Origin: Eukaryota sp. GEM-RC1
Taxonomy: Eukaryota
Direction of reading: 5' to 3'
Length of the DNA: 64,000 bases
NCBI GenBank assembly: GCA_040285855.1
Contig: JAUFOQ010000003.1
Coordinates: 1,860,001 to 1,924,000 of the forward strand
Shown here: in pieces, positions 1 through 11,712 of the stretch
Position numbering within the stretch: position 1 is the first letter of the stretch
Layout: each line of letters opens with the position of its first letter
Translations under genes and position numbers: made by a program
The notes under the pieces: model-generated
The model's database searches: none
What the model was told of the DNA's origin: nothing
The model's input: only the letters and a program-made list of their open reading frames with translations

Positions 1-1003
1 CAGCAACTAAATCATCATAGTCTGCTTCTTCGACTTCAGCTTTAGAAACTTTCTTGTGGAGAATCATTCGACTTGGGATATCTTCAGAATCCCATGAAAT
101 TTTAATATTTGTCTGTTCGAGAGGTGTTGACACCGATTCAGTTGGAATATACTTCACTGGAACATCAGCCGCTGCATCTCTGACCATTCTCCCTTCAAAG
201 GAAACCTCACCAGGAATGAACCTGAGATCAATGGTATTACCAGTTTGACCAATGGTAGATCGATCCATCTCGGAATAGAGAACAAGAGCGGTAGGGACAT
301 CTTCACATTCAATAACAGCAAAATAATACCTCATTTTGGAGATTTCGTATCTTCTAATAGCCTCCTGCATGGCTTCTTCATCATTGTTGACTTCCTCTCC
401 CATGTCTTCCTTGATTTCGTCAAGGTCATCGAGCTCAGGACCATGGACTTCTTCAGCAGCCAGTCGTTCCATTCCATAGTCAGAGACGTAAATGGTAACA
501 GAAGTGACGAGGGAAGGTTGAGAAGCAAATGAGCGGGCAAGAGAGAGGAGGTCGACAGCAGAAACGGCGTTCCAGTCTAAATGACAAACAGCAAGTCTGT
601 TGGTTTCTTCTCCTTCTGAAAGAGTAGGGACAGTGGAGGGTTGGAGATCATCAAGGTCTTCTTGAAGAGGTTCTGTGGTTTGGTTGGAGAGAACGTCAGT
701 GGCATCAAAGTTTTCCATGTCGGACTCTTCGTCTGAGGATTCTCCAAAACCATATTTGGTGGGATCAGCGACAGCTGCATCTTCTTCTGGATCTGACATG
801 TCATAGTACTTTTTGAGATCATCGAACTTTTCATTCATGACAGGACGTCCATAACTGTCAACTGAGGTAACAGTTGTATAGTCTTCATCTTTCATTGCAT
901 CAGCAAAACGCTTGTCGATTTTCACCTTGTTTTTCTTGTTCTTAACGGATTTGAATTTAGGATCAGCATGTACATGAGCGAAACGGGGGTCTGTTATAGT
1001 CAT
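1..1003 (-). CDS. ESF1: ESF1 pre-rRNA processing protein (runs off the window start)
   Basis: Manual translation from ATG 1003 gives MTITDPRFAHVHADPKFKSVKNKKNKVKIDKRF...VDSYGRP, then LDWNAVSAVDL, SDYGMERLAAEEVHGP, RYYFAVIEC and DLRFIP, which are ESF1 hallmark motifs. The frame is open to position 1, so it is absent from the ORF track. Confidence 0.9.
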   Translation of the reverse strand, partial: MTITDPRFAHVHADPKFKSVKNKKNKVKIDKRFADAMKDEDYTTVTSVDSYGRPVMNEKFDDLKKYYDMSDPEEDAAVADPTKYGFGESSDEESDMENFDATDVLSNQTTEPLQEDLDDLQPSTVPTLSEGEETNRLAVCHLDWNAVSAVDLLSLARSFASQPSLVTSVTIYVSDYGMERLAAEEVHGPELDDLDEIKEDMGEEVNNDEEAMQEAIRRYEISKMRYYFAVIECEDVPTALVLYSEMDRSTIGQTGNTIDLRFIPGEVSFEGRMVRDAAADVPVKYIPTESVSTPLEQTNIKISWDSEDIPSRMILHKKVSKAEVEEADYDDLVA

Positions 1004-1100
1004 GAAAGTTTTGAGGAGAAGTCTGAATAGACAAGTGGAGAACAAAATTCTTGAGTTCATTCACAACCTCTTGTTCACTGTAAAATAAGTTCATGACAGC

Positions 1101-2894
1101 ATGACATTCCCCATCTCAGTCACTTCTTTAATCAACAACTTCCTTGATAACCCAAGTACAGAACCTGAGTTTCTGGAGAAAATGTCTTTTATAAACAAAA
1201 AGTATTTTGATGGTCAATTGATGCCTCAGATTGATGTATCGCCATCACCCCCTGCTAATTCTTCTCCCTTTTTAGTTGAAGATATCATTGAGGATCCTGT
1301 CGATGTCACTTCTGATTCAGAATCTCCCACAGTCATATCTCCTTCTACTTCTCCTGAAGTCGTTTCTACTTCTTCCTACCAACCTCCCTACCAACCTGTC
1401 TTCAAAACTCTTTCCCTACAAGACGTTACTGGAATCAACGCCATCCTGCCCTTTACATCTTCCTACTTCCAACCCTCTGCTCTCCAATCAGTCATCCTCA
1501 ACCACCTCTCTACTGTTCGCTCTCTCACTTCCCATTCTACTGGTCTTCTGGTTTTAGCCACAGCTCTAGGGAAAACCATCATCACTATTCTCGATCTCGA
1601 ACAACAACTCCTCTCCTCTCCTTTCTCTACTCTTACTTGCTACCCAATGATAGAATGGGAGCCTTGCATGTACTTTACTAAGCAGTTTAAGTGTTTGTTT
1701 TTGGTACATTCCACTGTTATTCAGGAGTCAGCTTTCGCAAAGTTTAAACGGCATTTTAAACAGAAATACACTTGTTTAAACAATAGCCATTTTAAGTTTT
1801 TTTCTAGTGAATCTCCTGATTTTTCAGAATCTGAATCAAATTCTACTCTTTTCGTGTTTTGTCTATGGCAATCGTTTTCCAATCTTCCTGATTACTTCGT
1901 TCAATCAATCACACATTTGATTGTCGATGAAGTCCATCACATCATCGCCCCCACCTACGCCTCTTTCCTTTCTGATATTCGATCTGTTGCTAAATCTCTT
2001 TACTATGAGCTTGGTCTAACCGCCACTTTGATTCATCGGGAGGATCCTCAAGGCTTTAAGTTGCGTAAGTTGTTTAAGGATGTGGTTTATGTTGATTTGA
2101 ATTGGATTTCTGCGATTAAGTTGAATATATTTCCGAAAGTTGAATTTTTCGAAGTGGTACCCGGAAAGTTTAAACGCAGATTAAAATATTCTAAAATTTT
2201 ATCAATTCTACAATCATCTGAGTTCAAAAATGCAGGTGATGATCGTCGTTCCGTTCTTCTTGACCACTACCTATCAAAGTTGACGTCATCAATCAAACAG
2301 ATGGGTCTTTTTCAATCAACTTCTGTTAAGGAACGTGTCTGTCCAGTCTATGTAGCGAGTGTTATTGAACATTTCATATTTTATAGGCAAAACCAAGGAC
2401 TAGCACCGAGAAATAGAATTCTTGTGTTTGCTAGAAATATCAAATCAGCAGACGAAATTGTACTAAATTTAAATAACTTCGGAATTAAATCCATTGCTCT
2501 CCACTCAAAGTCTTCCAAATCCCTCTCTCACACTGTAAACTCCTTTGCTGAGGGTCTTTACAATGTCCTAGTCACTGTAGGAATGGTTCTTGAAGGGTTT
2601 GATCTTCCCTCAGTTGATTGTTTAGTGATGAGTAGGCAAACTCAAAGTGAAATCGTGTTCACTCAGATGATGGGGAGAGTTTTGAGGAAGAGCTCAAATT
2701 TGATTGATGAGAATGTGACTGTTTTGGACTTGACTCTATCGTTGAGGAGAAGATGGGAGAGATTACGTGATGATTTGACTGATTTGTCGTTGATTGAACA
2801 GATTTTAAATTTTTGGAAGGTTCAGACATTTGCTGTTGAAGATCTTTTGGTACGAGAAGAATCTGAAGAGGAAGAAGTATTTGTTGTGGATTAA
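1101..2894 (+). CDS. Superfamily 2 DExH helicase, ResIII/Irc3/YejH(RadD)-like
   Basis: Motif I LATALGKT, motif II IVDEVHH, motif III GLTAT, and C-terminal EGFDLPSVDCLVMSRQTQSEIVFTQMMGRVLR (motifs V/VI). Confidence 0.8.
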   Translation: MTFPISVTSLINNFLDNPSTEPEFLEKMSFINKKYFDGQLMPQIDVSPSPPANSSPFLVEDIIEDPVDVTSDSESPTVISPSTSPEVVSTSSYQPPYQPVFKTLSLQDVTGINAILPFTSSYFQPSALQSVILNHLSTVRSLTSHSTGLLVLATALGKTIITILDLEQQLLSSPFSTLTCYPMIEWEPCMYFTKQFKCLFLVHSTVIQESAFAKFKRHFKQKYTCLNNSHFKFFSSESPDFSESESNSTLFVFCLWQSFSNLPDYFVQSITHLIVDEVHHIIAPTYASFLSDIRSVAKSLYYELGLTATLIHREDPQGFKLRKLFKDVVYVDLNWISAIKLNIFPKVEFFEVVPGKFKRRLKYSKILSILQSSEFKNAGDDRRSVLLDHYLSKLTSSIKQMGLFQSTSVKERVCPVYVASVIEHFIFYRQNQGLAPRNRILVFARNIKSADEIVLNLNNFGIKSIALHSKSSKSLSHTVNSFAEGLYNVLVTVGMVLEGFDLPSVDCLVMSRQTQSEIVFTQMMGRVLRKSSNLIDENVTVLDLTLSLRRRWERLRDDLTDLSLIEQILNFWKVQTFAVEDLLVREESEEEEVFVVD

Positions 2895-3903
2895 ATAATG
2901 TTTATTTATGCTACTGAATTTAGTAAATGGCTTTACATCCTCTGATTTAAAAAGAATGGAAAAAAAATTTTCCTTTGACGATTTGTTCAATTTCTATTTT
3001 TGCTTTCAGATTGACAGATGTCATTGAAAAGTCTTTCAAATATTGGTGAACTTTTGATGTAATTTGTGATTATAGTTATAGATGTTCATTCTCTTTTGTT
3101 CTGTTGACAGTATTTATTGTTTATTACTGAGATGTACTCAATTCAAAGGATGTGAGAGGTGTTGGATTCCTCTGGTTTTGTCACTATCGAATTTAAGATA
3201 TGACGTGAGTGTTGATGTACTTTCACGAATCAGGAAGTTTCTGGGGACTCTCTGTAATTTGACTCAAGACTACTGCAGTCTTTTTTAAATGACCATCGAC
3301 AGTATTGTCAATTTTTGCAGTGAGTTGGAATTGAAAGTGATTACGTGTACTAGTAGACGTGCATCTGATGACAGTGTACTGGGGGCCCTGGACTTCCAGT
3401 ACGTGTAGTTCCAATTCGGTCATCTTGTCTAATTCAAAGCAGACTTCATACACACTGAGTTCTTTGATGAAGCGTATTTAAGAAATTAAGAATGCTTATT
3501 TTTAGTATCAATGGCTGTACATAAATAATGTAGCTCAGTCATAGTGATTTAACATCGGCAAACGTTTTGTTGATTGTCTCCATCAAATTGATAGTGATCT
3601 ATAATTTTAGCATACAAGCCAGCATTTTGTCCTTGTTATTGAATCATTTTGTAATCATTTAGTTAGTGTCTGTTAGTTATTATATTTTGCAAAAACATTT
3701 ACAGTATTTTACTCATCGATCATAAACCCCGTTTTTTTGTAATCAAGAAAGAAGTAAATTGCTGTCTGGAGTCTGCTTTTGAAGATATTACAAAGTGTCT
3801 CACCATTATTCAAATTTGTTTGAGACATGTACTTCCACAACAATAATATTTTTGTTTTTATTTCAGAGAGTATATTTGCAACAATAAATTAATACATCCT
3901 AAT

Positions 3904-5045
3904 TCAGAAAATGAAAGAAGTTAAGTTCTCCACATCAACACGAGAATTGTCCCTATACAACTTCGAATAAATGGAACATAAATACTTGGGAATGCTTCTA
4001 TAAAGAGCGAACATAATTCGATTAATCCATACAGCGCTATTAAACACCTTGCCATTAGAACGACGTAAAAGACTAAAATCACTGAAAAACTTTAAACCGG
4101 CTGGACCAGTATTACCAAAAATTGAAATGGCAAATGGAACAAATGAAAACTTAGAATATAGATTTTCATTAAGCTTCAGCAAAGCATCCGCATAATTAGA
4201 ACACTTTCGCTGTTCAGCCTTTTCCAGATGACCATTTGAATCATTCAATATGGAGTCTTGGTAGACTTTTGCAAACGGGTCAACTGTAGTAAAATCAACC
4301 ACAACTTGAGATGAATCCAGGAAAGGAGCAATTAAGTCACCACGCCGAGAATCAAACACGTTATTGTCACTATAATGTTTCAGAAGAGGTTCAATTTTAC
4401 AACTATAATTGTAGGATTTGAACATTTCATAAGTAACGTCACGAACAGCGTTATGTAGCACAGGACGAAATTGCAAAAATTTCTTGCAACTAACAACACG
4501 ACAAAATGTGGCTGTAGATCGGTTATCGCAAACACAGATTGAATTATTTAGCAAACCACTAGGGAATAAACCTAATCGAAGACGCATATTTTGCTTCCAA
4601 ACATCATTGTTCAAATGTAAACCAAAAGGTCTAGGTTGTTGAGTGATGAAGCTAGAACATTGTTGAATGTCACATAAAAAAAGCTGCAAAGACGGGATTA
4701 TCAATCTTAGTCACAAAAAGTCTTTTACTAAAATCCAAGTCTTCCAACCCAAGTAATGTAGCATTCTGTAACTTAACTACAGCAAGAGGTAGAAATTCAA
4801 TTGACCGATCAGGAATGGATGAAACACTTTTCGGGAAACTTTTGTTCCAAACTTCAATAGGCAAACCTTGAACTAACTCCTCCAAAGAGTTCAATAAAGC
4901 GTATGAGCCGTTTACAACTGAATCGAAAATATTTTCGAACCGAAGCTTACTCTCAAAAAGAAAGTTCTTCATACCACCAACGAAAGCACTTTTACATAAA
5001 TACTCGGCTCTTGCAAAACCAACACCACCAAATTTTTAGTTTTTA
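3904..5045 (-). mobile_element. 5'-truncated RLE-type (CRE/NeSL/R2-group-like) non-LTR retrotransposon remnant
   Basis: Translates to KFGGVGFARAEYLCKSAFVGGMKNFLFE, then a Cys/His zinc-finger-like region and RLE motifs RRGDL...VVVDFTTVDP...AEQRKCSNY...FVPFAISIFG. Homologous to the ORF at 33425-34810. Split by one frameshift near 4690. Confidence 0.8.
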
Positions 5046-5195
5046 TAAAAATTTTGAAGTCCGGTGCAGTCATTGTAATGAGTTAAAAGAACTATTATGG
5101 ACAATGTGCAAATGTTGTGTAGAGATTGATTGGACGATATATTGGTTTTTAAATCAAAAACACATAAATCATCTCACAGATAGATTTAAATCATT

Positions 5196-6673
5196 TTATG
5201 AAAATTTAAGTCTATTGATGGATATCGATTCAAGAGACCTTTGTGTATCTGAATCAATGGAGTTTTTCTTTAGATTGATTTCAGAAATTACCGTATTGAC
5301 CATTAAAGCCTCCAACAAAGCTATAGCACCTGTGGGGCCAACACTGTTACTGTTCAGACGGATTGTGGTAATCGTAGAATTAACCTTTAAAACACTAGCA
5401 ATTGATGTAACACATTGGTTATCAATACCGTTGCCGCCTAGACCAATCGTAGTGATCGCAGTATTTACCTTTAAAGCTTCTGCAATGAATGTCAAACCTT
5501 TCATTTCCATGGAGTTGCAACCTAGAGAGATTTCATTAACCACCGTATTTACTTTTAAAGCATCAGCAATCGATTTAAATCCTTCCGAGTCAATGGAGTT
5601 GCTGGTTAGATGGATCGTAGTAAGCGAAGTATTTACCTTTAAAGCAGCAGCAATCGCTGAGACCCCGTCTAGTCCAATGGAATTTCCACCGAGATAAATC
5701 CAGGACACGGTTGAATTCACCTTTAAGGCGTCTGCAATTTTTACAGCACCTTCAGGTCCAATGGAGTTATTAATCAGAAAAATCTTAGATATATGTGAAT
5801 TCACCTTAAGAGCTTCTGCAAGTGCTGTGGCGCCTTCAGGACCAATGGAGTTGTTATCTAGTTGGATCAAAGAAATCGACGAGTTAACCATTAAAATTTC
5901 GGCAATTGCAGCAGCACCTTCACCTCTGATAGAGTTGTTTTTGATATTGATGTGACAAATCGACGAGTTAACTTTTAAAGCTTCTGCAAGTGCTTTTGCG
6001 CCTTCAGGACCAATGGAGTTGTTTGCTAGATAGATGAAACGAAGCGACGAGTTAACCTTTAAAGCTTCCGAAATTGCAGCAGCACCTTCATTTCCAATAG
6101 AATTGTTTGTTAGAGAGATATTAGTAACTGATGAATTAACCTTCAAAGCTTCCGCAATGGCTATAGCACCGTCAGTCCCAATGGAGTTATTATCCAGTTC
6201 GATCTTAAATACCTCGTTCTTCATCATTTGATCATAACAACATCTTAAGTTGGAACACAATTGACTCCAGTCAATGACAACTTTAATTTCATGAGAGGGA
6301 GAACTTGGAGCAGTACTTTGTTTCTGATCCATAGGAATAGCCACATGAAGTCTTAACAGTTTTGGACGATGAATGACTTTGAAACATTGAACACAAAGAT
6401 CGGCATCACAGTCAGCACAAAAACAAGTAGCGGGGACTTCTTCACATTCATCACAGGTAGATCGACCTTGGCATGACAAATAGTCTTCGACTGCCTCTTT
6501 GAGTTTGAAGTTAGTGCAGAGTGAAGACTTATCTACTTTCGCTCGACAAACAGGACATCCATTGTTAGATTCTAGCCATTCCAACAGATGTGACATACAA
6601 AAGAATGACCACACACTGTTGTCACCGGATTTTGGAGAAAGTCAAGGCATATATCGCAGTTGAAGTGGGACAT
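5196..6673 (-). CDS. TRIM-like RING + B-box + RI-type LRR protein (putative E3 ligase)
   Basis: ATG at 6673 gives MSHFNCDICLDFLQNPVTTVCGHSF. Adding one T to the T4 run at ~6600 joins it to CMSHL...CPVCR (RING). A B-box (CDECEEVPATCFCADCDADLCVQCFKVIH) follows, then ~12 repeats of 28 aa of the LxxNSIGxEGAxAxAEALKVN type. Confidence 0.85.
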
Positions 6674-6692
6674 TTCTACTATGTAGTAATTC

Positions 6693-7384
6693 CAGTGTTT
6701 CGGAAATACGCGTACTTCAGCCTAAATACGCCGTATTTGAACTTCTAAGTTAAGTACGTACTTCCCATACTTATCGTACTTCTCTAACCCACCTACATTC
6801 TTATGCTCATCATCTCTGTTTCTTCATAGAATCCTGTTGAGCAATACGTTTCATCTGTTCTGAGTCGTTCATCCACCTCCATTTACACAAGTTCTCCCAA
6901 TACTCTTCTTAGTTTGGTACCCAGGCGTTCTTTTCAACCGACTTAGCACAATGTTAGTCAAGTGGAGTTTATTTCTCACGGTACACACAAAACTTTTGTA
7001 AACATCTGCTTCTATAGCACCTCTTATTGAGGGAATTAGCTAACATTGGCATCAAACCTACTGATGCACCTCCTGACGTCTGAAAGAAGAGCTTGCTTAA
7101 CCGTTGAAGAACCTTCTTAAGACATGTACTGTTCCACATCTTGATTTCTGCTGAAGACCTTGAACTGATGTGTTTTTTCAAGATGGTGATAAAGATTTTT
7201 ATGAGTTCAATAAATGTTCATACAATATTGGTGTTGTTATGACCCCCTATCTTGAGAACAAAAGGGGTCAATCAATGCAGATTAGACTCCAGAACAGGAA
7301 AGTACGTGAAGTACGTACGAGTACGTATTTACAAAGAAGTACGTACTTAACAAATTTGTACGTACACGAACTCCAAAAACACTG
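6693..7384. mobile_element. Non-autonomous hAT-type element, 692 bp
   Basis: Ends are CAGTGTTT...AAACACTG, flanked by a perfect 8-bp direct repeat AGTAATTC (6685-6692 and 7385-7392). AGTACGTACT-type subterminal motifs occur at both ends. Confidence 0.85.
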
Positions 7385-7452
7385 AGTAATTCTATAATTC
7401 TATAATTCTATAACGCCACTGTTTAAGCGCTGTATTCTCTCTGCTCTTCAAA

Positions 7453-8880
7453 ATGGGCTTCTCTTTGGACTTTCTGCACACAGTGCTCATATACCAAGGC
7501 TCCATCAGTCCTCAATTGGTCTTCGATTATCATTGTCGCTATTCCGGAGAAGAATCTTATGCCCTAGATAGCACCGTTAGCATGATTGGAGCCTCTAATC
7601 TCATGTTCCAAGAAAAACTATCATCTCCCCTCTCATCTATCACTTATAAAAACACTCTAATTATCTTTGAACATTTCAACGATATATTCTTCATTGTTCA
7701 ATGCATAGCAGATATTAATGAAAACCTTGTAAGGCGAGCCATTACTTTAGCACACAAACTCTTGTCTCTCCAATTCGGACCAACTTACCTTTACAAATCC
7801 AAAGTCTCCTTAAAAAGACACTCTAGTACAATAAAGTGTTTCATAAACGTTTCTCTTGAGTTGATCTTCAATAATGTTGCCCAACTTCTCTCAGCTACCC
7901 CTGCTCCTATACTTGATGCAACTATCCAAAGAGATCTAGAGTCTACACTAAAACAGTCTTGCTCCTCCCTTGGTACTTCTGCTTTCCATTCCTTCCTCTT
8001 CGTTGATACTCAATTAGTTGCTTCTCTGCTTCGATCATCTGTGAGAGCTCCTCCACGAGAGTTCTCTTCCTTTGTCTACGCTCTCACTCGCCAGAAGTTA
8101 ATAGAACAACAACCCACTACTTTTGACGGTCATTTACTTGGCTTCTCTGACTGTTTCGTTCAAATTGACACTCAGTTTGAAAAGTACGGAGTGGCTCTAT
8201 TTCCACTAGCTCTTTCTACTGAGAAGCCAGTCTTCATGGTACTCCTCTTTCATCCTGAAGAAAGAAACGTTGTGAAGAAGTCTGCAAGTACCTTTTACCT
8301 CCAAGCTAAGAAACACTTAGACCTATTGATCTGTTTGGCTCTTGTTTTTGATCGTCGTTCTGCTTCTCTTCCAAGTTCTCGAGAATTCCCAGGACTCTGC
8401 TCCTTTGTTTCAGTCAATAGATCCTCTGAAGCCTCAGTAAGTACTCTTCATCAAGGCTGTGGGATGACTGAAGCAAATAGCTCTGTGACTAGTCAACAAA
8501 CTAACAAGTTTCTAAGTCTTTTACGAAAACAAATGACTAATTGGATTGCTCATTGTCAAGAATGTCTAATTACAGATGATACCTGCATTCTAGTTGACAG
8601 ATCCACTCGATTTGTGTTTTACTTTAGGATATGGTTCTGGGTCCAGTCATCTGGATGTGTTATTGACGTACCTCTTCCTGAGAAAAAAACTAGTTCAACT
8701 GATGTTGTTAACTTTGGTAATGTCTATGAATCGTTATTAAAGAGAATTAAGTACCGTAAAGTTAATATTACTGAGGTTTTTGCTGTTTTCTTGTCACCCT
8801 TGTCTTTTGATGAAGTTATGCTCTGTGGAGATGCTTTGAGGGACTTTATCTTTAGTAATTTTTATATGAACAATAGGTGA
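7453..8880 (+). CDS. HPS1-like (BLOC-3/Mon1/Fuzzy tri-longin family) protein
   Basis: 475 aa. Longin-like N-terminus ending LLSLQFGP, and C-terminal EFPGLCSFVSVNRS and FYFRIWF resembling the HPS1 FPGLVHFIYVDR and YFLWF segments (recognised from memory). Confidence 0.55.
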   Translation: MGFSLDFLHTVLIYQGSISPQLVFDYHCRYSGEESYALDSTVSMIGASNLMFQEKLSSPLSSITYKNTLIIFEHFNDIFFIVQCIADINENLVRRAITLAHKLLSLQFGPTYLYKSKVSLKRHSSTIKCFINVSLELIFNNVAQLLSATPAPILDATIQRDLESTLKQSCSSLGTSAFHSFLFVDTQLVASLLRSSVRAPPREFSSFVYALTRQKLIEQQPTTFDGHLLGFSDCFVQIDTQFEKYGVALFPLALSTEKPVFMVLLFHPEERNVVKKSASTFYLQAKKHLDLLICLALVFDRRSASLPSSREFPGLCSFVSVNRSSEASVSTLHQGCGMTEANSSVTSQQTNKFLSLLRKQMTNWIAHCQECLITDDTCILVDRSTRFVFYFRIWFWVQSSGCVIDVPLPEKKTSSTDVVNFGNVYESLLKRIKYRKVNITEVFAVFLSPLSFDEVMLCGDALRDFIFSNFYMNNR

Positions 8881-9540
8881 TTTGTGTTGCTTTGACTTTA
8901 GTTTTTTCTTAGTTTTTTTTGCTGTTTACCTACATGTCGTAGGTATATGGTATGCATTCGAGGGTTTTTGTTGTCTGTTGATTCAGTTTTTGGATTAATT
9001 TGTTTAATTTATTCTTGTGTAAAGTGATTTATTTGGGGACGGCCTAATTAATCTACTACTAGTAGTAGTTAGACAAATACCATCCCTGCCCTATTACCAG
9101 CTTGTCCCGAATACTAGTTGCTCTCTTCCCCTGCTATACAGTGATTTTATATTTGACTTGAAAAGTGCTATTAATCCCATGTATAAAACTTCTCTTCTTT
9201 ATAGTTCATCACTGTTTTTATTAAATTTTTTATTACAAATTTATAGGTTGTGTCACACGGATGGTGCCACAACGCGTGTTTGCGATTGGTAATAAATAAT
9301 GTGAAGAAACAATTTGCTCTTTTAGGTCTTAGTTGTGAATAACAAACTTCAGTGAGATTTAATGGCGACGAATACTGTTTAATGACATGGGGTATGGTAT
9401 ACTTCTAAATCGATACGAAAAAAAAGAAAACGTTGTATTGTAACAATGAACATAGTGTTTTTGACATGTAAAGGACACTACAACTCTGTTTTTTTGAAAC
9501 GAAATTTTTTATTGACAACAATACTACAGTGTACATACAC

Positions 9541-10290
9541 CTAATAATCAATATCCTCAAAGTCCAGATTGCCTATCTGGAAATTCTCACCTACCTTATC
9601 CTCATAATGTCTGCCAAGAGATAATAAAGCGCTAGATACAGAAGTCATCATACCTCTAAAGATAGCAAACACAGTTCGACTTTTCCAAAATCTAAGATCA
9701 AAAGTCCTAGATGTTTTTTCTTTTACAATCTTCACAAAGATTTTAATTAATGATGTTGCAGATTCACCTAAAGAACCGTACAGTGAAAATACAAAAGGGT
9801 ACAGCAAGTAATTCGAGTGTGAAGCCGAATTCAATAATTTCAACTTAGCACAATATTTTTCTTTTTTAAATTTTTCACCAATCAACAGAGGGTTTTTAGC
9901 CTTAGATTTAGCAAGTTTCTTGTTGGAACCATTACAAACGTCGATAGACATAACATCAGCAATAATGAAAGAACCATCGAAACCAGGAAATATGACATCA
10001 CCTCGGCTATTTCCAAACGACTTGTTAACATCCGTATCATCAACCAACCCAGCCAAAACTGGTTCTAAAAAGGAAACTATTCCATTAGATTTACACATAC
10101 AATATAATTGATTCCTTACTGAATCATGAACCTTACTTCTAAAAGCAATAAAACGGTTACAATTCAATAGATGTGTAGGTGTTACAGATTGCCCACATTG
10201 GCATTTCAAATTATGTGGAAGATTATCAGGCCAAATAAATGACTGTAAACGCATGTTTAATGACCAAAAGTTATCATCAAGAAAATACAA
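9541..10290 (-). mobile_element. 5'-truncated RLE-type non-LTR retrotransposon remnant
   Basis: CQCGQSVTPTHLLNC zinc finger, RHD-like KVHDSVRNQ, and RLE motifs RGDVIF...IIADVMSID...EKFKKEKY...YPFVFSLYG. Close to the copy at 33.4-35 kb. Confidence 0.85.
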
Positions 10291-10663
10291 CTCAGAGATA
10301 ATAGTTGTTGTATTTTTGAAAGATCACGACTGATATACATCATTTTACCGAAGGGTTTTCTTTTCAAAGTATATTCATCAGAAGATTATACATTCAACAA
10401 AGTTTGAAGTGTAGATATCATTCTAGTCATCAAAATAGATGTTGATAATTTCACAGTCTTCAGATTGTTTTGGTAGAGTCTGAATCCATGTAGATTTCAC
10501 CTATTCTTTAATTGATTCAGTTCTCTCAGGTGTCCACCAATTCCACTTGTCTGCTGTTGAAGCAGCCACTGAAGCAACAGAAGGTATTAGATTAGGATCC
10601 TATTAGTAGTAGTAGATTTATTTATTAGAGTTGTCTTCTTTTTTTCTTTTCAAAAAAATCTCA

Positions 10664-11204
10664 ATGTCTGAACATCCACTTCAACGCACTTGGTCTTTCT
10701 ACTTCATCACTGCCGCTCCTGAAGCGAACTGGAATGATAAGACCAAACATTTTCACGACTTCGATACCGTTGAAGGTTTCTGGTCCTTGTACAACGCTTT
10801 GCCCCAGCCCTCCAATATCCTTCCGACCTTTTCTCTCATGCTCTTCGAAAAGGAGTTAAGCCGGACTACCAGATTTCCCCTTTTTCTCCCAACGGCGGTC
10901 GGATCATTTTGCCCATCCATCACAATGTATTTTACTCTCTCTTTCACCGTAGATCGACGACAGATGGGAAGCTATATCAGTGAGGCTTATCTCTGAACAA
11001 TGGAGTGACAGGGAAGTCGCAATCATCAAGGGCATTGTACTTTTAGGAAAGCCTGCGAAAGGAAATAGTCCAGCAACCCACAGAATCGAAATTTGGCTCA
11101 CTGACAAACATGACGAAAATGTTAAACAGTCCATCACCGCTAAAGCCATTACAGCAATGGGACTAAATCCTGCGATGTCGAAGTGCGAATTTAGGGATTT
11201 TTAG
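10664..11204 (+). CDS. EIF4E: eIF4E-family cap-binding protein (1 intron, 1 apparent homopolymer frameshift)
   Basis: Starts MSEHPLQRTWSFYF...FDTVEGFWSLY. Adding an A at 10848-10851 gives LFEKGVKPDY...PNGGR. Intron GTATTT...CGTAG at 10927-10952 (26 nt) rejoins in frame to IDDRWEAISVRLISEQW...RIEIW. Confidence 0.85.
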
Positions 11205-11712
11205 TGTTTTTATAAATTATTTACGATACTTCTTGGCATTGATATCGTATCAGTCATTACACTTGTAGTGTACGTGTAACAGAGTCTTTTGTCCCTACAA
11301 TTCTTAAAACAGTATGGCAAACTAGGTTGTATTTCGGTTTTAAATCAACACGGATTCACTTTATAGATCTTGTTGAAGACATACAGAAACGGATCAGAAC
11401 TGTTGTGAACACGTTTCGGAAACGTTGGTTCAGGACACAAAATGCATCTTTGGTTCGTAGTGGTCAATACTCCATCGTTATTGATCCGTTCATCTGCTGT
11501 ATAATTTGCTTAAAAAATGTGAATAATGATCGTAATCGTTTCCATCACTTAGAAAAGGTGTTGATAATAACATCAAACGAACTGTGGTTTCTATTCGTAT
11601 TGTACAACAATTCCAAAGAACCATCACATGTACAGTTCTGGAGGCACTTGGACTTGGTGTTTATTTTGCTTAATTTTTTGATTACTGTTGTTGTGCCTTC
11701 TTCTCATCATTT

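Noticed and set aside
3005..3453. Short ORFs between the helicase and the first retro remnant
   Set aside because: No recognisable domain, and no splice or frameshift model gave a convincing longer product.
4903..6231. Plus-strand ORFs of 264, 64 and 65 aa
   Set aside because: Antisense shadows of the LRR repeat gene and the retroelement remnant.
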